This document shows positions 12,801-24,803 of a stretch of DNA of 64,000 nt, one piece after another. The stretch's first letter is position 1. Every line of letters begins with the position of its first letter. Location of the stretch: contig NC_087251.1 in the NCBI RefSeq assembly GCF_037042905.1, positions 43,030,001 through 43,094,000 on the forward strand, read 5' to 3'. Source of the DNA: Lytechinus pictus (lineage: Eukaryota). The notes beneath the pieces were generated by a model. It was not told where the DNA came from, searched no databases, and saw nothing but the letters and a program-made list of their open reading frames with translations. A program made the position numbers and the translations under genes.

Positions 12801-15800
12801 CTTTGACCTAGGTCATGTTCAGTGATACTTGATTACTCTTATGTCCAAGTTTCATGAATCAGATCCATAAATGTTAAAAGTTATGATGGTAATTTAACAA
12901 ATACCCCCAACTTGGCCAAAGTTCGTTGACCTTAAATGAGCTTTGACCTTGATCATGTGACCTAAAACTCGCACAGAATGTTCAGTGATACTTGATTACT
13001 CTTATGTACAAGTTTCATGAATCAGATCCATAAACTTTCAAAGTTATGACATTTCAAAAACTTAACCTTAGGTTAAGATTTTGATGATGATTCCCCGAAC
13101 ATGGTCTAAGTTCCTTGACCCCGAATGACCTTTGACCTTCGTCATGTGACCTGAAACTCAGGTAGGATGTCCAGTAATACTTGATTAAGCTTATAGCCAA
13201 GTTTCATGAACTAGGTCCATATACTTTCCAAGTTATGCTGTCATTCCAAAAACTTAACCTTCGGTTAAGATTTGGTGTTGACGCCGCCACCGTTGGAAAA
13301 GCGGCGCCTATAGTGCTTCGCAGGTGAGACAAAAAAGAGAAAAGGAAATTAAAAAGTTGAATATGATATCGTTTACCAAGGCTCCACACTAACTTTCCTG
13401 GTGGCCTGATCAGTCCACAGAAATCATCAATTTCATATTTTTGATGGCCCGCAAAGCAAATTTGGTGGCCCTAAAACAATAAAAAACATTACAATTTATC
13501 AAAACTTTGGTAGCCAAACAAGGCCGCCAAGTGTGGGCTTTTACAGAAGTTTGGTGGCCCGACTCTCATTTCTGGTTGCCCCAGGCCACTGAAATATTAT
13601 GTCCACAGTCTTACAAAATTTGTCTTTTTATCAATATAAGGTCCGATAACTATCTTGCTTGTTTGGGTTTTTGTCTCACCTGCAAAGCAGACTATAGGCG
13701 CCGCTTTTCCGACGGCAGCGGCGTCAACACCAAATCTTAACCGAAGGTTAAGTTTTTGAAATGACAGCATAACTTCGAATGTATATGGACCTAGTTCATG
13801 AAACCTGGCTATAAGATTAATCAAGTATTACTGAACATCCTGCCTGAGTTTTGAGTCACATGACCAAGGTCAAAGGTCATTTAGGGTCAATGAACTTTGG
13901 CCACATTGAGGGTATTTGTTGAATTACCGTCATAACTTTAAAAGTTTATGGATCTGATAAATGAAACTTGGACATAAGAGTAATCAAGTATCACTTAACA
14001 CCTCGTGCAAGTTTCAGGTCACATGATCAAGGTCAAAGGTCAATGGACTTTGGCCATGTTGGGGGTATCTGTTGAATTACCATCATAACTTTGAAAGTTT
14101 ATGGATCTGATTAATGAAACTTGGACATAAGAGTAATCAAGTATCACTGAACACCTCGTGCAAGTTTCAGGTCACATGACCATGGTCAAAGGTCATTTAA
14201 GGTCAATGAATTTTGGCCATGTTGGGGGTATTCGTTGAATTACTGTCATAACTCTGTAAGTGTATTGGTCTAGTTCATAAAACTTGGACACAAGAGTAAT
14301 CAAGTATCACTGAACATCCTGTGAGAGTTTCAGGTCACATGATCAAGGTCAAAGGTCAATGGACTTTGGCCATGTTGGGGATATCTGTTGAATTACCATC
14401 ATAACTTTGAAAGTTTATGGATCTGATTCATGAAACTTGGACATAAGAGTGATAAAGTATCACTGAACACCTCGTGCAAGTTTCAGGTCACATGACCAAG
14501 GTCGAAGGTCATTTAAGGTCAATGAACTTTGGCCATGTTGGGGGTATTTGTTGAATTACCATCATAACTCTGTAAGTGTATTGGTCTAGTTCATAAAACT
14601 TGGACATACATGTAAGAGTAATCAAGTATCATTGAACATCTCATGTGAGTTTCAGGTCACATGACCAAAGTCAAAGGTCATTGAACTTTGGCCATTTTGG
14701 AGGTAATTATTAGCTTGCTGTCATAACTTTCAAAGTTTTTATATTTAGTTTATAAAATGTGGATATAGGGGTAATCAAGTATCACTGGTGTTTTTTTGTG
14801 AATAATTATTTCATAGTAGTTTTCAAAGTCAGCACTGCTGCTATATTGAATCGCGTGATGCAGGTGAGACTGCCAGAGGCGCTCCACTTGTTTTGAAATT
14901 TTTGCCCCACATGCCATGTCTGGCCCCCTCAAAAATGCAATGGCAATAATATCCTTAATAGTAAAATAGATCCATTTATCAGAATCTAAATGTGGAAGCA
15001 TGACAGATTCTCAAAATCCAAAATTGCCATCATGATTGCTGTTGATTTGCACTTCAATTCACTCATTATTGCAAATTAAGTTTCAATTCCATAATATTGG
15101 TGTGTATGTTTTCCAATAATCATATAACTTACATCTTTTTACCCAAATTTGCTTTTCTGGAAGAGAAATGCCAGTAGTTGTGCACAGTAAACACTGATTT
15201 CATGAGAAAGTCTGTAAAACCAGGCTTAATTGTCAGTATATCATCGAGGATCTAGATCTGGTACAGTTACATAAACTGAACTTTGTGAAATCTTGAAAGC
15301 TATGCTGAAAAATGTTCACACTGAAGATCACCAACACAGATAGGCACACGTGGGACAGTGTATTATTATTGCTGGAATGAAGACCTGACGGAAGTGACCA
15401 AATCCGCGCTTATTTTGCTTATTTCTCAGCAATTACACAATTTCTTCCAGAATCCTTTGGCACATATTTTTTATCCATACAGACACTTGGGTGGTCATTA
15501 TATTAGATTCTGTAAAAAGTCATTTTGAGATCGTTACCAGAACTGGAATTTACCTTTAATATCAGAATGAAATAACACAATATAATCAGACAAGTTTGAA
15601 GCACCTTTATCTTAAGTATAATTATTACATGTATACTAATAAAGTGGTTACTTAATTGAAAAGAGGATTATTATAACGATTGATCATTGATGCCTATTCT
15701 ATTGTTGTTTTGACAGGAAAGACTGCTTCTTCGTTGACTTGTTCGTTCGTGTATCAAATGAGATAGCAACCAACATGTACGCTCGGCTTGGGTACACTGT

Positions 15801-18009
15801 GTATAGGAAGGTCTTACAGTACTACTCGGGTGACCCTGATGAAGATGCGTATGGTAAGTTTGTGCAGCAGTCAATGATATCAGTTATTTGTGATTATCTA
15901 CTAGGGGTGTCATGGTCTAGTGGTTACAACTCTCTCCTTTTAACTGAGGGTCATGGGTTTGAATCCAAGCCATTGCATTATTTCCTTCAGCAAGAAATGT
16001 ATGTACATTTTGCTGCACTCAACCCATGTGTAGTAAATGGGTACCTGGCTAGAATGTTAATTCTTTTTAGCGTTTTTTGTGTCTGGAAGTTAGCCGGCTA
16101 CCGTCAGGGTAATTAATTATACAATTTACAATAATTATACAATATTGACTGGCCTTGAGGGGGACATCAAATATGTCGCCCACAACAGAATCATTTTGGC
16201 CCGAGTCTTTCGAGCAACATATTTGATGTTTCCCGAAAGAAGAGCCAGTCAATATTATTATTATTACCTAATGCTGTACAATGTGTAATTTAAGCTATTA
16301 TTTGGAACAATTTATATGCCTGTTTAATTATCACTACTTCTGATTTCAGGTTGTTCACGAACTTAGCGAAGTAACCCTTAATATTAAGCAATTGTGGCAT
16401 AAATGGTTACCTTGCAATTGCGCATCATGCATGGCGCGCGCATACACTCAACGTGTAGAAATCTTGCGCTTGTGTATGCACATGTCACCGGAATTAGGGT
16501 GACATGGGTAAAATAAAGTCGCTGTCATTGTCGCTGTCATTGTCACTGGCCGCACCACACATTATCTACAATGGATTGGTTCATAAACTGGTTCTAGCCA
16601 GATTTCTCAAAAACTGAAATTTATTAGCAATCAAAATTGGCTCCTACTGCGCAAGCGCACTATAAACAGATATATGGCCAATATTGCCCTCTGTTTTGTG
16701 CAGGATTCCTGTGGGCAATGCCAGGGGAGGGCAACATGGCAAATGTTTACCTCATTGGTCTCGGATTGAAAGTAGCGAGCGAAATATGACTATTTATTTA
16801 TCTGCTAAAATGCCTTTACCTTTACCTTTACCCGAGATTCTGGAAGAGTGCTGTGGATCCCAGCAGTCAGGCTTCCAGTTCTGTGCCATTTTCATCCGTC
16901 TCAATGATTGGTGTGGTGTCTGCTCAGTGTGGTTTTGGCTCAGATCTCTACCTTCTATAAGATGTTTGCTACTCATATGGTGAGCAGAACCGCTGGTCTG
17001 CCCACACTTTGTCCAGTCTGATCTTAAGCTATTCACAGTCTGAGCTGTAACTACTTCTTCAGGGAGTGAGTTCCAGTCATTTATAACCCGCTGGCTGAAT
17101 GAATCTTGCCTCAGTTTGGTCAAGCATCTGGGTTTAGAAAGCTTCAGACTGTGACCTCTTGTATTGCCTGCTGAAAGTTCAAAGAAGGCATCACTTGGGA
17201 TGCGTTCAAATCCATGAACAATTTTGTACACTTGGATCATGTCTCCACGACGTCTGCGGTACTGAAGGGATGGGAGGTTGAGTGCCTTCAGTCTCTCTGT
17301 GTATGAGTGATTCCTAATAGCATAGATCATTTTGGTTGCTCTCTTTTGAACTTTCTCTATGGCTTTGGCATCACCCTTGAATCTGGGGTACCATACAGAG
17401 TTGCCATAATCCAAGATCGGTCTGACAAGTCCTTTGTAGAGTCTTGGGATTGTAAATTTATCTCTGCATTCAAAACTACGTCGTATACATGAGAGTACGC
17501 CGTTGGCCTTTTTCACAGTACTTGCAACATGGTTATGAAATTTAAGTTCATCGTCAACCAGTATGCCAAGATCTCTTTCTTCTGAAGTGTGCTCAAGTAA
17601 ATCGGATCCAAGAAAATATGTGTGCTTAGCATTTCCTGGGCCGATATGTATAGGTAATAATGATAATTAGTGCCTTGAGCGCTCTGCAGAGTGAATATAA
17701 AAGCTTAACAAGATGCACCATCGTCGTCATCATAATAATCAACATCATCATTATTTATTATCATTATTATAATTATAATTATTAATATTAGTATTATCAT
17801 TATAATTATTATTGCTGTTGTTTTATTGTCATTATCATTATCATCATCACTACTACTACTTTTACGACTACCAACACTATGACTAAGTTAATTATCCTGT
17901 ATGTTAATTTCTTTGTGTTCTAGACATGCGCAAGGCTCTGAGCCGAGACAAGGATAAGAAGTCTGTGATCCCCCTCAAGAATCCCGTCAGACCCGAAGAT
18001 GTGGAATGA
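3830..18009 (+). CDS. NAA20: N-alpha-acetyltransferase 20 (NatB catalytic subunit), whole CDS join(3830-3882,10300-10324,11504-11594,12585-12720,15717-15853,17924-18009), 175 aa
   Basis: Spliced translation MTTIRPFTCDDLFKFNNVNMDYLTETYGIPFYLQYLAHWPEY...WHGHVTALSVAPEYRRLGLA...FFVDLFVRVSN...DEDAYDMRKALSRDKDKKSVIPLKNPVRPEDVE* is near-identical to metazoan NAA20; all junction phases match; 528 nt total. Confidence 0.97.
5140..5390. repeat. Inverted repeat (MITE-like) with central gccatctt
   Basis: ctacgctatcgatttcatttttaaacaag / cttgtttaaaaatgaaatcgatagcgtag. Confidence 0.7.
5533..6046 (+). mobile_element. HINE-like element, short copy in NAA20 intron 1
   Basis: ttttgtcttgcctgc...gcaggcaagactgccagaggcgttccactt. 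Confidence 0.72.
6949..7530 (-). CDS. Antisense 194-codon first exon nested in NAA20 intron 1; uncharacterised Cys-motif (CxxC...CxxC) protein, possibly transposon-derived
   Basis: ATG-initiated open frame MNSSKCAMCLSPF...CVCRKCERVL...KARKSLIVAVMIKIE ending at donor GAG|gtaggt; higher GC than flanks; CCAAT motif near 7613. Confidence 0.5.
8410..9400 (-). mobile_element. 5'-truncated, decayed CR1-group LINE (reverse transcriptase C-terminal part)
   Basis: PLLFLCYINDLP..QVRLFADDCLLYR..LQDDLNKL..W...FNTSKC and LVRSLMEYGAIVWDPY..LERIHRRGARF, with stops and frameshifts. Confidence 0.88.
10300..10324 (+). CDS. NAA20: NAA20 coding exon 2 (25 nt, NMDYLTET)
   Basis: tttttcacag acceptor; followed by U12 donor GTATCCTT. 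Confidence 0.93.
10325..11503 (+). other. U12-type (minor spliceosome) GT-AG intron, NAA20 intron 2
   Basis: 5'ss GTATCCTT; branch site TTTCCTTAAC at 11476-11485; short distance to AG and no polypyrimidine tract. Confidence 0.92.
11504..11594 (+). CDS. NAA20: NAA20 coding exon 3
   Basis: YGIPFYLQYLAHWPEYIQVCEAPGGQIMGY; donor gtgagt. Confidence 0.96.
11705..12067 (+). mobile_element. Kolobok-like MITE copy 2, nested in another MITE
   Basis: TTAA at 11701-11704 and 12068-12071; similar to 510-905. Confidence 0.78.
12585..12720 (+). CDS. NAA20: NAA20 coding exon 4
   Basis: MGKAEGSVAQETWHGHVTALSVAPEYRRLGLAAIMMNILEEVSE, includes the GNAT acetyl-CoA-binding RRLGLA motif. Confidence 0.97.
12758..13335 (-). 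mobile_element. HINE-like element, partial, inverted relative to 13668-14894
   Basis: Reverse-complement tandem units ending ggcgcctatagtgcttcgcaggtgagacaaaaa. Confidence 0.75.
13668..14894 (+). mobile_element. Helentron-associated (HINE-like) element with internal ~120-130-bp tandem array
   Basis: T-rich ends; subterminal IRs GTCTCACCTGC / GCAGGTGAGAC; GGC microsatellite after the 5' IR; short 3' palindrome. Confidence 0.75.
15162..15555 (+). mobile_element. Kolobok-like MITE copy 3
   Basis: High similarity to 510-905; 3' end aactggaatttacct|ttaa. Confidence 0.8.
15717..15853 (+). CDS. NAA20: NAA20 coding exon 5
   Basis: KDCFFVDLFVRVSNEIATNMYARLGYTVYRKVLQYYSGDPDEDAY; ag/gtaagt boundaries. 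Confidence 0.97.
15903..16055 (+). mobile_element. tRNA-derived SINE (5' head and core)
   Basis: A-box-like TGGTCTAGTGG and B-box-like GGTTTGAATCC, followed by a non-tRNA body (gctgcactcaaccca...aaatgggtacc). Confidence 0.75.
16812..17650 (-). mobile_element. CR1 LINE 3' fragment in NAA20 intron 5
   Basis: EKDLGILVD..LYKGLVRPILDYGNSVWYP..IEKVQKRATK..RRRRGDMIQVYK..FSQRVINDWNSLP; (GGTAAA)n tail. Confidence 0.92.
17718..17880 (+). repeat. Degenerate (ATT/ATC/ACT)n microsatellite
   Basis: Direct inspection. Confidence 0.85.
17924..18009 (+). CDS. NAA20: NAA20 last coding exon
   Basis: DMRKALSRDKDKKSVIPLKNPVRPEDVE* with TGA at 18007-18009. Confidence 0.97.
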
Positions 18010-18143
18010 CAATGAGCTGGTAAACTTGACTTGGAGCATTACAACTTAGGACCTACCACAACAAACTAATCCAAATCTTGATTGCTATATAAGCAAGTCA
18101 TTATCTAATTAGGTACTCAAATCATTACAAAATGTCTGTATGT

Positions 18144-18345
18144 AATAAATACAATATTTCCTTCACCATTCAATTATGGGAAAGATCCAGGGATACTCGC
18201 AGGAAGGATACAATGCAATCAAATTCTTGACACTATTGGATTCGGATCATGGTTTGAGCTGATCCAGAGGTTAGAACATCGGCCCGTAAATTTATTCTTT
18301 TGAATATATACCTCAAGATAACTAAAGAAAAACCATTAGAATAAA
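18144..18345 (+). terminator. Candidate NAA20 polyadenylation signals
   Basis: AATAAA at 18144-18149 and 18340-18345 downstream of the stop codon. Confidence 0.45.
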
Positions 18346-18633
18346 AGTACTTCCTTTGATCCGTAATATGTTTATATAAACACCATAAAAAATTGATAGG
18401 TCTGATGATGTCAAATCAAGATTCAATCCTGCATTTTTAGAAGACATCCATTATGGTATTTGATTGCAACTGTTTCTCAATTAGATAATGTTGACTGATT
18501 ATATGGATATGTTCTAATTGCAGGGTCTAAACTGATCCGTGGCCACTGAAGGCCATGTCATTTGAAGCTTTTAATTAATTTGCCTCAATGCCCCACACAT
18601 TGGCCAGAGATTGGTTGTGTCCCTTTTTTTTAA

Positions 18634-19389
18634 CCCTAACTCTCCCGGGGTATTTTGATTCTTGTCCTTCCCGGGGGGGGGGGGGGGGCCATTATGGCCC
18701 CCCCTTAAGATCTCGGCCGCCGATCGCGCGAGCGACGCAAAAATTTGCACGCTGGTAGTGTGCGATGTAATCTACAAGGCTGTATGGTAAAATTTTCCAA
18801 AATAATGAGATTTTATTTTATATGAATTAGTTATGCAAATTTATGCATAAATCATACTAAATAAAGCTTCTAGAATGCTAATTTTTGGTAAAAATATTCT
18901 TTGTAGCATTCTTAACAATCGCAATTAAAAAAAACTTCAGTTTGGAAATTAATTTCTTATGTATTTTATTGTTTTATGAATTTCTTATGTATTTCTTTGT
19001 TTTTTTACTTTTTGTTTTTTATTGTTTTTTCAATGGAAATTGTTCCAGACTTAATTCTGATCATAAACAAGGCAAAATTAATTAAGTTTAATCAGTAAAA
19101 GTAGAAATAATGATACATTTATGAATTTTGGCTAAATACACAATTTGCATTGGATTTGTAAATGAAATCACGTTTATGAGCAATTTTGGGTCTGACATGC
19201 ACTTACATAATGTTGCGTAATGTCGTAACCGTGTACTCGGGCGTCACAAATTTGGGCTCAAAATTTGCGCGAGACTTGAAAGTAAAAAGTCAGTGAGCGG
19301 CGAGGTCAAAAAATTTTGCGCAGCAGATATATCGCGAAAATTGTCGAGGGGGGGGGCCATAATGCCCCCCCCCCCCGGGAGAATTAGGG
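18634..19389. mobile_element. Non-autonomous piggyBac-like element
   Basis: TTAA|CCCTAACTCTCCCGGGG...CCCCGGGAGAATTAGGG|TTAA. Confidence 0.9.
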
Positions 19390-20123
19390 TTAAACACAAT
19401 TTCCATTTGTGCATATATAGAAGTGTGTCCAATAGAAAATTGGCCTTGCCCCCAAATATCAAAATTTAAGGACTGTAATATCCTCTGCCTCAGTGGCATT
19501 GCACTTGTTTTACCACTGTATATATTAATCATTTCATGAATGTATTTCAAGGATTTATCTATGTGGTTACATCAAGCTTGAAAACTTTTTAGTATTGCAT
19601 TGAAAATCATGAATAATTTGGCCATGTTGTATGAAGTCATGTTTTTGTCCTAAGTGATATGCTCTAAAAGTTAGGTTTACCAATGAATATGTTGCAATAT
19701 TTTATAGAGGTTTTTTTAAAGACCTCGCATCTAATGTTTTTGTATCAAAAAACAAAAGTAAAGTACATGTATCATAACATCACCATACCTTATCAAGTGA
19801 ATTGCAATTTTGTATTTTACTACTGATAAAATGTTCACCTTACCTAAATATGTGATGACTTTGTGATTGAATAAGCTGAATTCATTTGCTCACTTTTTCT
19901 TCAATATGAAATTGATTTAATTTGTGAAGTTATCGATCTTATTCATATTTATTTTAACATTAATTTTTTCTAATTGTCAATTACATGTACACTGTCAATG
20001 ATTTTTTTTTGGTACTGTTATTAAAAGCAAGGATTTGTAGAATCCCTAATGTAAATATCCTAAAATCTGTTTACGTATTCATTCATCTGTTGGAAGTTTT
20101 AATAAGGGAAATAAAACCTTTAA

Positions 20124-20819
20124 CCCTATCTAGGCCAGAGGGGGGGGGGGCTTGGAGGCTCCCCTCAGTATTTGGTGCAATATTTTCGCCACGCAAATTT
20201 TTTTACCTTGCTGCTCTCTGACTCTCTTTCAAGTCTTGCACATCTTTTGAGACCGTATTTGCGACGCCTGGTTATGCGGTTTCAAAATTACGCAAAATTA
20301 ATGCAAATTGTGTTTTCAACCAAAAGTCATAAATCTATGATTATTTTTACTTTTGCTGGTCTAAATGGATTTATTTTATGCTGTTTATGATCTCAAAAGT
20401 GTCCCTGACAAAGTTCATTGAAAAAAACAATAAAAAACAAAGAAATACATAAGAAATTGTAAAAACAATATAATACATAGGAAATTGAGCTGATATCGCA
20501 ATTTCTTTCACATACATTTGCAAAAAATACCACATACAATTCCTACACCAAAAACTAGAAAATTTAGAGCCCTGTTTTAGGAGTTGAAGGAAAAATTACG
20601 ATTTTGCATACTAATTATGCATAAATTAGCATTATCAATTAATAGCTATTTTTATGAAATAAATTACTATACAGTTTTATAGATTATGTCCCAGACAACA
20701 TGCATGCACGCCAATTTTTAGTGCAAACACACATTTGAGATCTCAAGGGAGGTTGGGAGCCCCCCCCCCCCCCCCCCCACGGCCATATGATCTCTCAAAA
20801 TACCCCGGCATTGATAGGG
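20124..20819. mobile_element. Non-autonomous piggyBac-like element (diverged, opposite orientation)
   Basis: TTAA|CCCTATC...GATAGGG|TTAA; internal similarity to the reverse complement of 18634-19389. Confidence 0.85.
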
Positions 20820-21279
20820 TTAAGAGACTGGAAAAAATTAATCTCACTGGATAGGTTTAGAAGATTAGATTTTGGTTTTTGATTTTTTTTTTTGGGGGGG
20901 GGAGGAAATTTGTAAACTATGTTGAACAATCATGGCATTGCCCTCTTACATGTTTGTTGTGATTATCATAAAATGCACAGAATTGATATGGAACAATTAA
21001 GTGCATTTCTATTTTTATGAAGTCTCGAAAAGACTTGTGCACATTTCATAATCACTGCGATCGAATTATCGAGAAGGCCGTCCCAGTCTCTTTTACACTA
21101 AGACCATATCAGAAGTCAAAGCAATATGTTATTGGAAAACCGAAGAACTAGAATACAACAATGCAAGTTTCATGCATCTTGCTGTATTAAACACTTGAAT
21201 TTGTAATTCTTGATTTAGGGGCTTCATTGCGCTTCTCAATGACCCAAATTCTATGTCATCCATGTGGTCGAAGTTGTAG

Positions 21280-21755
21280 GACATAAGGTCAATCAAGTAT
21301 TACTGAACATCTTGCCCGAGTTTCAAGTCACATGACCAAGGTCAAATGTCATTTGAGGTCAGTGAACTTTGGCCATGTTGGGATAATTATTTTCAAAATC
21401 TTAACCGAAGGTTAAGTTTTAGAAATGACATCATAACTTAGAAAGTATATGGACCTAGTTCATGAAACTTGGGCATAAGGTTAATCAAGTATAAGTGAAC
21501 ATCCTGCTCGAGTTTATTAAATTGCCGTCATAACTTTCAAAGTTTATGGATATAGTTTATGAAATGTGGACATAGGGGTAATCACGTATCACTGACAAGT
21601 CTTAGGTCATATGATTAAGGTCAAATATCATTTAGGGTCAATGAACATATATGAATGGTGTTTTTAGTTAATTTTATAGTAGTTTTCAAAGTCAGCACTG
21701 CTGCTATATTGAATCGCGTAATGCAGGTGAGACTGCCAGAGGCGCTCCACTTGTT
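21280..21755 (+). mobile_element. HINE-like element, 3' part
   Basis: Same tandem units and the gcaggtgagactgccagaggcgctccacttg end. Confidence 0.72.
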
Positions 21756-23207
21756 TATTTTATTATTATTTTTTTTAATTTTAGCCCATACACCATCTCT
21801 TGACCCCTTTTTTCTTTTAGCTTATTACGCTGCATGCCTACTAAAGATTAAGTCTAATTGCGATTTTGATCCCTTTACCATTTTGTCATATAATTAGGCA
21901 ATACCCATTCCATCTAATATTAATTTGGTCTAAAACCACTTAGTTTATATGGTTAGATGAACTGTTTAGGAACCCAATTTTTTTATATTGAAAAAATAAC
22001 GAATAACGGTAGACGAAAAAGAAATTAGACTCGGTGGGTATTAGATGTAGTGCAGTGTAGACCAAAAGTCAAGTAGGTCAAATTGATAGTAGACCAAATG
22101 GGTTTATCCAATGCGAAGACTATCTGAGAACAAGAACAACTGCACTGCTTGTAGACCAAATGAAAATGAACCAAAACTGCAGAGGCAAAAATTACAGCTT
22201 AAAGAGGCAGGGGTTAAAATGGTAGAGATGAAAATGGCGGAGGAATAGCAGCTGTAAAACGAGACAGGTAAAAGATAATTGCATACTGAGACCTACATCG
22301 ATAAGTCAACAGTAAATATCACAAATTTTCAACTAAAATCATGAACTAATTCCTTGCAAGTTTCCTCAGAATAAAGTTATGATTTTTGTTAAATTTGTTA
22401 AAAGTGCTCTAAACGCGTTTTACCAAAGCGGCAAGGGATTAGTTTAATGATTTAAGCTAAAAATATGGGGGGGGGGTATTGGTATTATCTTTTTCTCACA
22501 TAGAGATGGATTGCCATTCCTATATTTAAGAATTATTAGGGCGTTCAGGGCACTTTTTAGAAAATTTTAAAAATCATAACTTATAATTCTGAGGAAACTC
22601 GTCATGGCTTTAGTTGGAAATGTAGTTATTTTTTTAATAGCGAAGAGACAAACATAGCCGAACCTAGGGGGGGGGGGTGAAATATCGCACATTTTCAATT
22701 AAATTCATGAACTAATCACTTTGCCATTTTGGAAATAAAATTTTAATTTTTGTTTAAGCATTTTGGGGGGAAATTGTCATTCACTTTTCGGAGGTGAAAA
22801 AATAGGGTGAAAAATTATTTAAAATATTTCATATCTTACGTAATAAAACAAAAGAAATAATGAGTGGGGGATGTCATGGCTACCCACGTTTGCATACCGA
22901 ACTTTCATTTAAAATTAATTAAGCGAAACTATGTAATAACTTTCATATTTCTAATCTAATTTTGATACAAACCAAGGCGATGGACTTCCCTTTAACATTT
23001 TATCAAACCAAAGAAACATGCAGTATTTAATTTTATTGAAACGACATTGACGGAGACAATCTCTATGAATCTACTCACAATAATCAAATAGTCAAATTGA
23101 CTGGTTGCCAAATAAAAAGAAGACTCCCCCCCCCCCCCTCACAAAACGACGAATGTCCATCCTTGATATGTCTATTGTTACGCACTGAGGCGAAATCTAG
23201 CGATCAA

Positions 23208-23224
23208 TGGCGGGAAATTTTGAA
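23208..23224 (+). promoter_or_regulatory. CDE/E2F + CHR tandem element (DREAM/MuvB-type cell-cycle promoter motif)
   Basis: TGGCGGG-AAAT-TTTGAA with canonical 4-nt spacing, just upstream of an exon ending CAG|gtaagt at 23430. Confidence 0.55.
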
Positions 23225-23839
23225 AAGCTGCGTTGCAGAAGAGAGTGAATGAATTTCGCCAACAGGACAAGTACGACAACTAAAAACTTTAATAGGCCTA
23301 CATGAATAAAACAGCGACAGCGAGAGAATGATTTAAACAGCGGGCATGTATTCTCAAACAAAAATGGGCACCCTTGTGATAATTATTACTGCGTATACGA
23401 TCGAGAGTTAAAAGGTTTGGTGATAATCAGGTAAGTGGCATTATTATTTCAATGTCATAAACATTGTTTTAAGGATGTCTTTAGAAGTTGCTCAAGTGGT
23501 GTTTTACAATCACCGAGATTCACTCTTATTATGTACAAGTTTATGACATAACATTGTGCTCAGTAGGAACCACTGTGTGGTGAAATAAGATTGGTAATGT
23601 TTGGCTTAATAGTGGGTAAATGCTTGACTTCGGGGCACAGTCAGTTTAATTTCTACTACAGTTATTCATCATTATATGCCTTGGTCAAAAACTAGATTGA
23701 ATCGTTTAAAATGTTTTTTTTCTTATCAAAATACAAATTCCATCGATCATAGGGGCCTCACGAAAATACGCTCATGCAATTTTTTTCAGCGCTTTGGTAT
23801 GTTTGGTTAATACATAAAAATAACAACCCCAAGATTGTA

Positions 23840-24078
23840 CACTGTAAAAACGGTGGTGTTAAAACTGACACCAGTTGGTGATAATAGAGGACCACACCCC
23901 GAGGTGTTAAAATTACACCCTAGGGATTGAACGTAACACCAAAGAGTGTAAATGTAACAACCAAAAGTGTTGTAATAACACCTATAGGTGTTAAACTAAC
24001 ACCATCAATTTAACACCGGAGTAAAATAACTGGTGTGGTCCTCTATGTACACCGGTTTACACCACAGTTTTTGCTGTG
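23840..24078. mobile_element. CACTG-type MITE, related to 45214-45454
   Basis: ta|CACTGTAAAAA...TTTTTGCTGTG|ta; many aacacc/ggtgtt subrepeats. Confidence 0.8.
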
Positions 24079-24197
24079 TAGAGAAAAACAGGTCATAAAT
24101 GAATAAACTTTAGTACTTGTCTGTTTAAAAAAATGATATCTTGATTATTATGTTTTGGTTTGTGTTGTACATGTATATTGCAGTAAAAATGTTGTTA

Positions 24198-24803
24198 AAA
24201 GGGGAACCCAGCCTTGATCATAAAATGTTATGTTGGGAAGGAGAAAAATAAATTGAACAGAATGGTGAAAGTTTGAAAGAAATCGGACAAGCAATAAGAA
24301 AGTTATAGCTGCTTTAAAATTGAGATCACTAATAGTATGTAGATTTCAAATTGGCAACTGTGTAAGTAAATTATGACAAGGGGCAAGGACAACTTTTCCA
24401 TAGACCATGTACTTTATTATCAGGGATTTGTGGTTTTCTCCTAAGTACACATTCCCCTGCATGGGGCAGTAATCTAAATATAACCCAGATAGTATATTGT
24501 TTTATGTCCTCATGAAATAAAAAAATATAATTTGAAATAAAACTTTTGGGAAAAATGACATATTCTAGCCATAATATGTACTGGAGTACATGCAAGAGTA
24601 GTCCTTGCCTTACATCACTATGACATCACATATGCGGCCATTTTGAAGTCTCCATGGGTATAGTGATTATCAATAATTACAACTTTAAAATAATCATAAC
24701 TTTCTTTTTGTTTGTCCGATATTGTTAAAACTTTCACCTATCAACTTGTCTGATTTTTCTTTTTCTTATAACAACAAGTTTTTATTTGGGTTGGATTCCC
24801 CTT
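24198..24803 (+). mobile_element. TTAA-flanked AGGGGAA..TTCCCCT MITE (Kolobok-like family 2)
   Basis: TIR aggggaacccagcc / ggttggattcccct; homologue at 51038-51620. Confidence 0.8.

Noticed and set aside
13850..14740. CRISPR-like array
   Set aside because: Contiguous tandem units without unique spacers; eukaryotic Helentron-like internal satellite
15903..15975. tRNA gene
   Set aside because: Degenerate boxes, no proper cloverleaf, and it continues into a SINE body
18630..18640. Telomeric TTAGGG/CCCTAA seeds
   Set aside because: Single occurrences explained by the TTAA TSD plus CCC termini of piggyBac-like elements
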